Shown in pieces: positions 1 through 8,267 of a stretch of 64,000 nt of DNA. Location: the NCBI GenBank assembly GCA_964596355.1, contig CAZQTD010000001.1:4446-68445 (forward strand), given 5' to 3'. The position numbers and the translations under genes were made by a program. The stretch is from an uncultured Gammaproteobacteria bacterium. GTDB lineage: Bacteria > Patescibacteriota > Microgenomatia > UBA10105 > UBA927. The notes under the pieces are model-generated. The model searched no databases and was not told where the DNA came from. It worked only from the letters and a program-made list of their open reading frames with translations. How positions within the stretch are numbered: the stretch's first letter is position 1; every line of letters starts with the position of its first letter.

Positions 1-256
1 ACTCGATACGCATGGCCATTGCCGGAAGAACACGTGCCCCCAGATGATCTTGAACAAGCGCAACAATGTTGCGCACGTACTCGGTTGATTCTGTAGAAAT
101 AATGTCCACCCCGCCTGAAATTCGATGCTCGATACTGACTGTTACCCTTCTTTCAATCGCCGCAAGAAGCGCCGGCTTGCCGTAGACCGCCGCATGCTCC
201 CCCATCAAATAAATCTTGCCCGGAGCAGATACGACAACTCGTCGTTGTTTTTTCAT
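1..256 (-). CDS. mvk: Mevalonate kinase (GHMP family), N-terminal part, runs off the window start
   Basis: Manual translation [34 protein letters not shown] contains the PGKxxLxGEHxxVYG motif; last gene of the mevalonate operon. Confidence 0.85.
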   Translation of the reverse strand, partial: MKKQRRVVVSAPGKIYLMGEHAAVYGKPALLAAIERRVTVSIEHRISGGVDIISTESTEYVRNIVALVQDHLGARVLPAMAMRIE

Positions 257-291
257 TTGTATGTTCACGTATTGACTATGTGATTATCCGT

Positions 292-591
292 TTATTCTAT
301 CGGTTTTGCCTTCAGCCCATACGGAATCACATCATCGTGTTGAGGCTCACCGATACGTCGAATCACCAGCTCAACGCGCTGCCCCACGGTGAGATGCTCC
401 TTGTGCCAGTCCACAAGCTGCAGACACATTCTGTCAGTTCCCACATCTACTAAAACCACGGGGTACGGCGCAAAGCTCGCAAACCCTCCGGGTGGAACGC
501 GAACAATTGTCCACGACACGATCGTCCCGATTTTTCCCACCATTCGGGCAACTTTGTGTTGATTTCTCCAAACTTTAACAGGACTAACCAT
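292..591 (-). CDS. DUF35/OB-fold protein (thiolase/HMG-CoA synthase scaffold), lacking the Zn ribbon
   Basis: MVSPVKVWR...GTIVSWT...PYPVVLV...VGQRVELVIRR...IPYGLK matches the DUF35 OB-fold; next to thiolase; start moved to ATG 591. Confidence 0.8.
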   Translation of the reverse strand: MVSPVKVWRNQHKVARMVGKIGTIVSWTIVRVPPGGFASFAPYPVVLVDVGTDRMCLQLVDWHKEHLTVGQRVELVIRRIGEPQHDDVIPYGLKAKPIE

Positions 592-595
592 CGTG

Positions 596-724
596 CAAAT
601 TCCAAATCCTAAGCACCAAATCCAAAATAATATCAAAATTCAAATACTCAATTTCAAAACCTTTAGTTATTGAAGTTTCGATAGGTAAATTTATTTTGGA
701 TTTAGGATTTTGTGCTTTGAATAG
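596..724. repeat. Intergenic inverted array of degenerate heptamers (caaatcc/taagcac ... ggattta/gtgcttt)
   Basis: Left arm caaattc caaatcc taagcac caaatcc aaaataa; right arm ttatttt ggattta ggatttt gtgcttt, which is its reverse complement. Confidence 0.75.
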
Positions 725-735
725 TTCTAAAAAGA

Positions 736-1947
736 TTACTCTTTTTTAAGTATATGTATCACCGCTGTCGCTCCGCTTCCTCCAACGTTATGCGCAAGTC
801 CTACTGTCGCTCCGTTAACCTGCCGATCGCCCGCCCTCCCAAGCAACTGGTCAACCAGTTCAACGACCTGCTTAACGCCGGTTGCTCCTACTGGATGGCC
901 GCAACCTTTAAGTCCTCCTGACGGATTGACAACCAGCCGTTTTCGAAGCGGATGATTGGCAGATTCTTTGCGAGTCCCGCTGTCATTCAGTGCAGTTTCT
1001 CCTCTGGCTATAGCTCCTGCCGCGCTTCCTTTTTCATAGAACCCTAAATCTTCCATGGCAAGAATCTCTGCAATAGTAAAACAGTCATGCACTTCTGCTA
1101 CGTCTATGTCCTTGGGCTCTACCCCCGCCTGTTTGTACGCTTGGCGCGCGGCTTGTTGCGTGGCTCGCAACTCCGTTAAGCTCGCCCGACCAGACAATCC
1201 CAAGGAGTCCGTTACCACTGCCGAGGCGGCAATGTTGATGCGTTTGTTATTTTTTGTTTGTTGTCTGCCGCTCCGGACGGCGGATTTGTCGTTTGCGATA
1301 ATAACTGCCGCCGCGCCGTCTGAAATCGGCGAACACATAAGAAGCCGAAGCGGATCAGCGACGCACGGACTTTTGAGAACCTGATCAACCGTAATGCGTG
1401 AGCGAAACTGGGCATTGGGATTTAATCGTGCGTGATAGTGATTTTTTACCGCAACGGACGCCAATTCTTTCTCTGTAGTCCCGTACGCTTGCATGTGTGC
1501 GCGAGCAAGAAGCGCGTATAACGCCGGAAACGACGCGCCTGCTCGCCGTTCTTCTTCGCTCCCTGCTCCCATGAGCGCACGCGCGACGTCTTCGGGCTTA
1601 TGGTCGCTCATCTTTTCTACTCCCAACACAGCGACGGTTTCGTATTGACCGGAAAGAACGCTCATGACTGCCGTGTGAAGCGCAAGCGCTCCCGATGCGC
1701 AGGCACCTTCTACTTTTATCGCAGGAGCGTCAACGCCCAGCTCTTCGGCGAAAAACGCGCCTAAATGCTCCTGACCGCCGAGCATGCCGGACAGCATGTT
1801 GCCGACAAAAAGCGCGTCTATCATATCGGCGGTGAGTCCGGCGTCATTAAGCGCATTGCCCAACGCGCGGCGCGCAAGCGTCCTTGGAGATATATCCCAC
1901 AATTCTCCAAATTTGGTCGTAGCCGCTCCGACAATTACTGTATTCAT
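736..1947 (-). CDS. Acetyl-CoA acetyltransferase (archaeal/SCP2-type thiolase)
   Basis: EGACASG catalytic Cys, EVHDCF, NPSGGLKGCGHPVGATG, HNVGG. Confidence 0.93.
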   Translation of the reverse strand: MNTVIVGAATTKFGELWDISPRTLARRALGNALNDAGLTADMIDALFVGNMLSGMLGGQEHLGAFFAEELGVDAPAIKVEGACASGALALHTAVMSVLSGQYETVAVLGVEKMSDHKPEDVARALMGAGSEEERRAGASFPALYALLARAHMQAYGTTEKELASVAVKNHYHARLNPNAQFRSRITVDQVLKSPCVADPLRLLMCSPISDGAAAVIIANDKSAVRSGRQQTKNNKRINIAASAVVTDSLGLSGRASLTELRATQQAARQAYKQAGVEPKDIDVAEVHDCFTIAEILAMEDLGFYEKGSAAGAIARGETALNDSGTRKESANHPLRKRLVVNPSGGLKGCGHPVGATGVKQVVELVDQLLGRAGDRQVNGATVGLAHNVGGSGATAVIHILKKE

Positions 1948-2013
1948 GGTTCAACGTTCATAGTTCATGGTTCATTGTATTGCCATGAGTCATGAACGAA
2001 TCCGTAACAACTG

Positions 2014-3081
2014 CTAAATTTTATGTGTTTGCTTTAAATACCGCACGTAATTAATATAGCGCTTGTTTCTTATCTGATCTTTCACCGTACTACTCATCGT
2101 TCGTTTCGCAGCCTGAATTGTTGTAATTTCACCGGTTACTTTCCATGCAAACGCGTCACTTCCTGCTCCTGATCCGTACGAAACCATGAAAATAGATGCT
2201 CCCGGTTTCGCCTCATCCAAGATAGCGGCAAGGCCTAACATGCTCGACGCAGTATAGGGATTGCCGACCACATCAACGAGTAAAGAGGTAGCAAGCTGTG
2301 AATCGGTAAACCCCAGACGGCCAGCGGCGTCTCGCGGAAATTTACCGTTGGGCATGTGAAACACGCAGTAATCAAAATCTTTTGGTCCGCATTTGACCGT
2401 TTCAAAAAGGCGGTTCGCAGCGCCCATCACATGGGCGAAATACGCAGGCTCGCCGGTAAACCGGCCCGCGTGTGATGGATACCGAATGCCATCCCTCCTC
2501 CAAAAATCCGGCGTATCAGAGGAATATGACGTAAATGCCACCAACTCTGCCAGTATCCCTCCTCTATCACCTGTATCTCTCCCGAGGAGAATCGCCGCCC
2601 CTGCTGCGGCCGACGTATACTCAAGCGCATCGTGAGGCTTGCTCTGGGCTGTATCCGCGCCAATAGCCAGACCGCACGATATCTGATCAGAAGCCAAAAG
2701 ACCGGCAACTGCCTGAATTGCAGTCGTTCCTGCTTTACACGCAAATTCTAAATCCGATGCGACGTAATGATGGCCAATGCCAAGAAGCTCACCGACGATG
2801 GTAGAAGTTGGGTTAACCGCATACGGATGACTTTCACTCCCGACGAACAATGCCTCAATGTCTGTGGGTTTCCATGGATGTTTACCATACGGTGCGAAGC
2901 ACCGACGCGCCGCCTCAAGCGCGATCGTTACTGCATCTTCGTCTATGCCGGGAACGGATTTTTCCGAAATGCCAAGCGTTTGAGAAACATCCACGACCTC
3001 CTTGCCCCACGCCATGGCTATGTCGCGTGTTTTTATGCGATATGGCGGTATATACGTACCGTAGGAAACAATGCCAACCAT
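2014..3081 (-). CDS. Hydroxymethylglutaryl-CoA synthase, archaeal type
   Basis: DED, GSESHPYAV, EFACKAGT, FHMPNGKFP, GNPY, SYGSGAGSD motifs. Confidence 0.93.
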   Translation of the reverse strand: MVGIVSYGTYIPPYRIKTRDIAMAWGKEVVDVSQTLGISEKSVPGIDEDAVTIALEAARRCFAPYGKHPWKPTDIEALFVGSESHPYAVNPTSTIVGELLGIGHHYVASDLEFACKAGTTAIQAVAGLLASDQISCGLAIGADTAQSKPHDALEYTSAAAGAAILLGRDTGDRGGILAELVAFTSYSSDTPDFWRRDGIRYPSHAGRFTGEPAYFAHVMGAANRLFETVKCGPKDFDYCVFHMPNGKFPRDAAGRLGFTDSQLATSLLVDVVGNPYTASSMLGLAAILDEAKPGASIFMVSYGSGAGSDAFAWKVTGEITTIQAAKRTMSSTVKDQIRNKRYINYVRYLKQTHKI

Positions 3082-3107
3082 AGAAATAAATCTCTAAACT
3101 CTAATTT

Positions 3108-4286
3108 CTAAATTCGACATCCCCTCCCCAATCTCTGATGTGCCCTTGCTAAACTTCCTTCTGCAAGCGAGCTTAACAGCGAAATTTCTCCGGCTAGTGC
3201 CGTCGCGCCGACAATTTCCGCAAACTTTTGTGCATTTTTCCCGTCGTTGCCGCCTGCAATACCGAGTATCGACAGCGCCTCCTTTTGCGTGGCTAACCCC
3301 GTCCCGCCTCCCACTGTCCCAACCATGAGATCAGGAAGGCAGACGCTTATATAAAGTGCGTGTTCATCATCGAATGCCCCGGGAACAACCTCGCACGTTG
3401 TTATCCCGATGCTCCCCTCTCCGACGTGTCCGAGGTCTTGACCGGTTGCCAAAAACAAAGCAGCAATGACGTTTGCGTATTGAGCGTTGAATCCCAATGA
3501 GCCGGACAGGGCGCTTCCAATCATGCATTTAGCAAGCCATACCTCATATACCTTTTTTGCTGTCGTTTTTAGCACGCGGGTTAGAACAGTAGGCGGAATC
3601 GTAATCTCTGCGCATACGGTCGTGCCTCGATTCTCAATCGCATTGAGCCAAGAGGGTTTTTTATCAATGTCAAAGTTTCCCGCAAGCGAAAGACACGTGA
3701 CGCCGGTTTTTTGCTCTATATATGAAACAAGCTCGTTCGTGGCAATCGTAACCATATTCATGCCCATAGCGTCTGCGGTATTGAAAACAAAGCGTATGTA
3801 CCGGTATCGCCCTGCTGATCGAGTCAGCAGGCTTTCAAGCATCAAGTGGCGCGACGTTTGTTTCGCAACCTCCCGTAACTCATCAAGATTATCCTTTAAA
3901 AAGGTCTGCAGTGCGTCGCTTTCCTTCAAATCTTTTACCCGAAATACCGGCCCGCGTGTCGCGCCCACGCGGTGACTGTCAACAAATGCGCCGCCGCTTT
4001 CGGTAATTGCCTTGCATCCACGATTGACAGACGCTACGAGCGCTCCTTCGGTTGTAGCTAAAGGAACATAATAGGCAGATGAAACGCGAGATTTGACATT
4101 TGAAATGTTTAATGGCCCTGCCACTCCAACCGGTACCTGAACTGCGCCAATCATATTTTCACACGAACGACTGGCAGCGATAGATTCATCCAGCGTGAAT
4201 GCGCCGATGTTTGAAAGGTCACACGACAGCTCCTTTTCCAAAGCTTCTCGTCTCTCTTTAACTGATTTGAAATTCCTTGTGTTCAT
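3108..4286 (-). CDS. hmgA: HMG-CoA reductase, class I (NADPH)
   Basis: CENMIG, PLATTEGALVAS, DAMGMNM, GQD, GTVGGGT, C-terminal His. Confidence 0.95.
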   Translation of the reverse strand: MNTRNFKSVKERREALEKELSCDLSNIGAFTLDESIAASRSCENMIGAVQVPVGVAGPLNISNVKSRVSSAYYVPLATTEGALVASVNRGCKAITESGGAFVDSHRVGATRGPVFRVKDLKESDALQTFLKDNLDELREVAKQTSRHLMLESLLTRSAGRYRYIRFVFNTADAMGMNMVTIATNELVSYIEQKTGVTCLSLAGNFDIDKKPSWLNAIENRGTTVCAEITIPPTVLTRVLKTTAKKVYEVWLAKCMIGSALSGSLGFNAQYANVIAALFLATGQDLGHVGEGSIGITTCEVVPGAFDDEHALYISVCLPDLMVGTVGGGTGLATQKEALSILGIAGGNDGKNAQKFAEIVGATALAGEISLLSSLAEGSLARAHQRLGRGCRI

Positions 4287-4341
4287 ACGTTTCTATCATC
4301 CATTGCGTATTCCGCAGCGCACATTCCTTGTATTCGATTAT

Positions 4342-4959
4342 TCAAAGGAACGGTATCCGAAATATCCCCAATTGATACATCCCAATACTGTATATTCCCA
4401 ACGCAGGAAGCCCAACAGCGCTGACAAAGAGAATGTTGCCTAACGTCAGCCGCATGCCGAATCGAAGCGCAAGGTAACAAAGCATCGTTTTCCATGTAAG
4501 AAGTGTCGCGGAGAATACAAGGTAGAGCATGCTAAAAAGGATTCCCTTGGTGCTTGTGGTTCTCGGCGGCGGGATGACGATGTAAAGAAGCGAGGTCACC
4601 AAAAACCAGTACGTTGTCGGTACAAGCGTATAACCCCAGCCAATGGCAAAACGCTTAAGCGTCCCCCCTGCGTGAATTGCGCGTCCCAGAAGCCACCACA
4701 GCCCAACTGCAACACCATAAGAAACAACAGCGGCAGCAAAAAGCACGACAAACTGGCGCGTCAGGAGAAACGGCCGAAACGCCGCGGTTTTGACAAACGA
4801 CGCCAGAGAAAAATAGCCGGCGACGAAAGCGGCGATGAATGCTAAATCCCACGCGTTTCCGCGGTCAATGATCCTGCGCATGGTTTCATACGGACGCGTC
4901 ATAAGGCCAACCATATGCCGCCCAAACGCCACAGACGCTACAAGAAGCTGATCTCCCAT
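4342..4959 (-). CDS. YIP1-like multi-pass membrane protein
   Basis: About 5 hydrophobic segments; 'RPYETMRRI' N-terminal pattern. Confidence 0.6.
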   Translation of the reverse strand: MGDQLLVASVAFGRHMVGLMTRPYETMRRIIDRGNAWDLAFIAAFVAGYFSLASFVKTAAFRPFLLTRQFVVLFAAAVVSYGVAVGLWWLLGRAIHAGGTLKRFAIGWGYTLVPTTYWFLVTSLLYIVIPPPRTTSTKGILFSMLYLVFSATLLTWKTMLCYLALRFGMRLTLGNILFVSAVGLPALGIYSIGMYQLGIFRIPFL

Positions 4960-5004
4960 ATACGTACATCTCGTTAGTCGGAAAATGCGGCAAAACCCTT
5001 CGCC

Positions 5005-5232
5005 TTAGAACCCCCGCTGAAGATAACTGACTAGAAGAGTAATTGCGGATCCAAGCATCGCGTACAGGCCAATAACAATGAATAGCGAGCCAATCACCAT
5101 GATCGGCCAAGGCATAGTTTTAAGCCGTTTGACCGCCTTTTTGTAATAGGGCGTCAATGGACCAACGGATTGCGGCGGCAGGTCGGTTACTTCCTCCCAT
5201 CGCTTGACGAATTTTTTATACGTCGTACTCAT
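5005..5232 (-). CDS. Small single-TM protein overlapping the ECF sigma stop (candidate anti-sigma/partner)
   Basis: 75 aa, basic N-terminus then one TM; ATGA overlap with the sigma gene. Confidence 0.6.
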   Translation of the reverse strand: MSTTYKKFVKRWEEVTDLPPQSVGPLTPYYKKAVKRLKTMPWPIMVIGSLFIVIGLYAMLGSAITLLVSYLQRGF

Positions 5233-5783
5233 TGTAGTGAAATGAATAGCTCCGCAAATGCTTTCCTTGCGCGAAAAAGCTGTGATTCCGCGCCTTTGAC
5301 GCTCAAGGCGAATGTTTTGGCTATCTCCGATACCGATAAATTCTCTATGTATTTTAACTCAAGGATCTTTCGGTACCGGGGTAACATCCGACTCATGACG
5401 GCATGAATTTTTTCTTTCAGAATCGTCGCGTCGAACTCCTCTTCAGGCTCCAAAAGCGGCGAAACGAGTTCACCTATGTTCGGCATCTGCGAAAAGAGAA
5501 GTTGCTTAAGTTTTTTCTTTCGGTAGTAGTCAACAATTTTATGGTGGCAGATGGCAAACAAAAACGTCGTAAGGCTTGATTTCCCCTCAAAATCACGGAT
5601 GGCTTCCAAAAAGTCATAGAGCGTATCCTGCAAAATCTCCTGCGCATCTGCTGCGTTAGTAACTCTGGCGCGGATCAGGCGCGCAAGCCGCGGCGCAAAC
5701 CTGCGGTAAAAGGCAAGAAGCGCTGTTCTGTCGCGCGCCAGGATGCGCGCAATCATCTGCTGATCATCGATCGTGTCATGCAT
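5229..5783 (-). CDS. ECF (sigma-70 group 4) sigma factor
   Basis: Region 2 'DAQEILQDT...FEGKSSLTTFLFAICHHKIVDYYR'; region 4 'LSVSEIAK...SQLFRARK'. Confidence 0.92.
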   Translation of the reverse strand: MHDTIDDQQMIARILARDRTALLAFYRRFAPRLARLIRARVTNAADAQEILQDTLYDFLEAIRDFEGKSSLTTFLFAICHHKIVDYYRKKKLKQLLFSQMPNIGELVSPLLEPEEEFDATILKEKIHAVMSRMLPRYRKILELKYIENLSVSEIAKTFALSVKGAESQLFRARKAFAELFISLQ

Positions 5784-5829
5784 GAAAAACAGTCTTTTGA
5801 CTATAGCATAGACGGTCTAACGCCTCAAA

Positions 5830-5858
5830 TTGACAGGAGCGGCCTTCTTCCGTACACT
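5830..5858 (+). promoter_or_regulatory. Sigma70-like promoter of the pilin array
   Basis: TTGACA-17 nt-TACACT upstream of ATG 5876. Confidence 0.6.
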
Positions 5859-5875
5859 GAAAGAGAGGCGCTTCC

Positions 5876-6190
5876 ATGCAACGAGTATTTGCAAAGGTAG
5901 ACATTCAAGAGGTCTTCGAACCCGCTCAATCCTTTGACACATTGGGGGGCTTGGTGTCTGTTGTCGTAAAAAACGCCTTCATGCTTGCCGGCGTCATTGC
6001 CTTTGTTTTGTTGATTTTCGGCGGATTTGGCGTTATAGTTGCAGCGGGATCCGGCGACACGAAAAAAATGGAGTCGGGTAAAAAAGCTATAACCGGCGCG
6101 GTAACCGGTTTAGTAATCGTCGTCGGATCGCTATGGATTATTCAGATTATTGAAACGCTCACAGGTATCCCGATACTCAAGTCGAGATAA
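5876..6190 (+). CDS. VirB2/TrbC-like pilin 1
   Basis: Two TM helices joined by 'GGF..AGSGDTKKMESGKKAITGAVTGL'. Confidence 0.8.
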   Translation: MQRVFAKVDIQEVFEPAQSFDTLGGLVSVVVKNAFMLAGVIAFVLLIFGGFGVIVAAGSGDTKKMESGKKAITGAVTGLVIVVGSLWIIQIIETLTGIPILKSR

Positions 6191-6195
6191 CACGT

Positions 6196-6585
6196 ATGAA
6201 ACGGAAACTACCCCTGTTTGCAACCACAGGATCAATCACCGATATCGTCGGAACGGTTGACAATCCGCTGCCCGATCGGTACAAAAACCTCGTCTCCTCG
6301 GGCAGTCAACCCGGCGGACTTATCCTGTTTCTGACCAATATCCTGCGGCTTGTGTTTGTCGCCGCAGGCATCTATGCCTTCATTAATTTTATCATTGCCG
6401 GCTTTCAATACATGCAGGCAGGCGGCGACAGCAAGCAGCTCCAGCAGGCATGGGACCGGATTTGGCAATCCCTTCTGGGGCTTGTGATTATCGTCGGGTC
6501 ATTTGCCTTGGCTGCACTTCTGGGACAATTGTTGTTTGGAAACGCGGGATTTATTTTAAACCCGCAGATTTACGGACCCAACTAA
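6196..6585 (+). CDS. VirB2/TrbC-like pilin 2
   Basis: 'AGFQYMQAGGDSKQLQQAWDRIWQSLLGL' motif. Confidence 0.8.
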   Translation: MKRKLPLFATTGSITDIVGTVDNPLPDRYKNLVSSGSQPGGLILFLTNILRLVFVAAGIYAFINFIIAGFQYMQAGGDSKQLQQAWDRIWQSLLGLVIIVGSFALAALLGQLLFGNAGFILNPQIYGPN

Positions 6586-6596
6586 CGCAGCACGCC

Positions 6597-6989
6597 ATGA
6601 GGATATTCGCGCAACAAACCACCGGCACATCTCTTGGCCGCCTCGGCGGCGAGCAGGGGTTGGGGCCGTTTGGCAACATAAGCCTTTCACAAGAAGCAGG
6701 CCTTGCCGGCATAACAAACTTGGTTTCGTCAGTCGTCGGATTTATGACGGTTGCTGCGGCCATCTGGTTTTTGTTTAACATTCTCTACGGCGGCTACGAG
6801 TGGCTCACTAGCGGCGGCGATGCAAAAAAATTGGCAAGCGCGCGCGATCACATTACGCACGCGTTTATTGGCCTTATTATCGTCGTGGGCGCATGGACTT
6901 TGCTTGCTGTCGCCGGACAATTTTTTGGGTATAATATCCTCATTGATCCTGCTGAAGTAACCAGACAACTCCAAATACAAGCGCCTTAA
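6597..6989 (+). CDS. VirB2/TrbC-like pilin 3
   Basis: 'GGYEWLTSGGDAKKLASARDHITHAFIGL'; start moved to ATG 6597. Confidence 0.8.
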   Translation: MRIFAQQTTGTSLGRLGGEQGLGPFGNISLSQEAGLAGITNLVSSVVGFMTVAAAIWFLFNILYGGYEWLTSGGDAKKLASARDHITHAFIGLIIVVGAWTLLAVAGQFFGYNILIDPAEVTRQLQIQAP

Positions 6990-6993
6990 GACT

Positions 6994-7410
6994 ATGAGAA
7001 ACGCTCTTCTTGCACAATTGAGAAACCCGGTCCTGCCCGAAAGCATCGGAGGAGGCCAAAATGCCGACTACACCACAGGTGGAACCGCGCTGGGCAAACT
7101 CATCGGAAGTCTCGTTGGAGGACTCCTCATTGCGGCATTCCTCCTTGCGTTCGTCTACATCATTGTCGGCGGGTTTACGTGGATTACTGCAGGCGGCGAT
7201 AAAACCAGACTTGAAGCCGCACGAAACCAAATTATCAATGCAACGATGGGCATCATCATTGTTGCCGCCAGCTGGGCAATTATGACGCTAATTGGAGGAT
7301 TTATCGGGATAAACTTCCCCACTATTCCCATCCCCTCCGTGCCTTCATCACAGTCTGCACCGCAGACTCCACAAAGGTATCAACCGCGGTTTGTGCCATC
7401 CCCAACGTGA
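6994..7410 (+). CDS. VirB2/TrbC-like pilin 4
   Basis: 'GGFTWITAGGDKTRLEAARNQIINATMGI'; Pro-rich tail. Confidence 0.8.
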   Translation: MRNALLAQLRNPVLPESIGGGQNADYTTGGTALGKLIGSLVGGLLIAAFLLAFVYIIVGGFTWITAGGDKTRLEAARNQIINATMGIIIVAASWAIMTLIGGFIGINFPTIPIPSVPSSQSAPQTPQRYQPRFVPSPT

Positions 7411-7486
7411 AGGAGCTATTGACAAAGGGCAGTTCGTTGCATCACAATGGAAAATAGACTATACTATCTAGAACGCAGGAGGGCGT

Positions 7487-7834
7487 ATGCTACCGAAAGT
7501 CTTTGCTCAAGACATTGTAATACAACCGCCGCAGGCCGGCGGTCAACAAATCATCCGCATTGAAAATATCGGAAGCCTCATCTCGGCTGCGGTCGGAGTC
7601 CTCCTTATTCTTTCCGCGCTTCTGGCGTTTTTCTACCTTATCCTTGGAGGCATCCAGTGGATTACTTCCGGCGGAGATAAAGCCGCGATGGAAGCGGCAC
7701 GCAATAAAATTACGCACGCCATTGTCGGACTCATTGTCGTCGGCGCCGCGTGGGCAATCATGATGCTGGTCCAGAACTTTCTGGGCGTGAGCATCATCGG
7801 CGGCAGCGGCATTGATCTACCCAAACCATACTAG
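7487..7834 (+). CDS. VirB2/TrbC-like pilin 5
   Basis: 'GGIQWITSGGDKAAMEAARNKITHAIVGL'; own TTGACA promoter (7419) and AGGAGG RBS. Confidence 0.82.
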   Translation: MLPKVFAQDIVIQPPQAGGQQIIRIENIGSLISAAVGVLLILSALLAFFYLILGGIQWITSGGDKAAMEAARNKITHAIVGLIVVGAAWAIMMLVQNFLGVSIIGGSGIDLPKPY

Positions 7835-7886
7835 GTCACACTCCCTCTCTTGTGCCGCCGCACATTTTACGAGATAATAGTTGTGC

Positions 7887-8213
7887 ATGAATATAGTCTT
7901 CGCCGCAACCAACTGGGGCGGTTGTGTCGTTAACGATGCCGCCACGATCCAGTGTGTGGAGCCGCTGTTTCGAAATGTGCTGCAGGCGCTCGCCGCGCTT
8001 GTAGGCGTTGCGCTGTTTGTCATGCTCATCGTGGGCGGATTTACGTTCCTTTTTTCAGGCGGCGACCAGAAAAAACTCGAGCAGGCCAAAGGCACGGTCA
8101 CCAATGCCATCATCGGCCTGGTCGTCATCGTCGCTGCATACCTGATGTTAAAAACTATTGAATGGTTTACGGGCGTAAATGTAACAACATTTCAACTCAA
8201 TCCGACTCAATAG
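7887..8213 (+). CDS. VirB2/TrbC-like pilin 6
   Basis: 'GGFTFLFSGGDQKKLEQAKGTVTNAIIGL'. Confidence 0.8.
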   Translation: MNIVFAATNWGGCVVNDAATIQCVEPLFRNVLQALAALVGVALFVMLIVGGFTFLFSGGDQKKLEQAKGTVTNAIIGLVVIVAAYLMLKTIEWFTGVNVTTFQLNPTQ

Positions 8214-8267
8214 TCCTCTCTGTGGCATGCTCTTGACGGCGCATGTTCTTTACTCGATAATAAAAAC

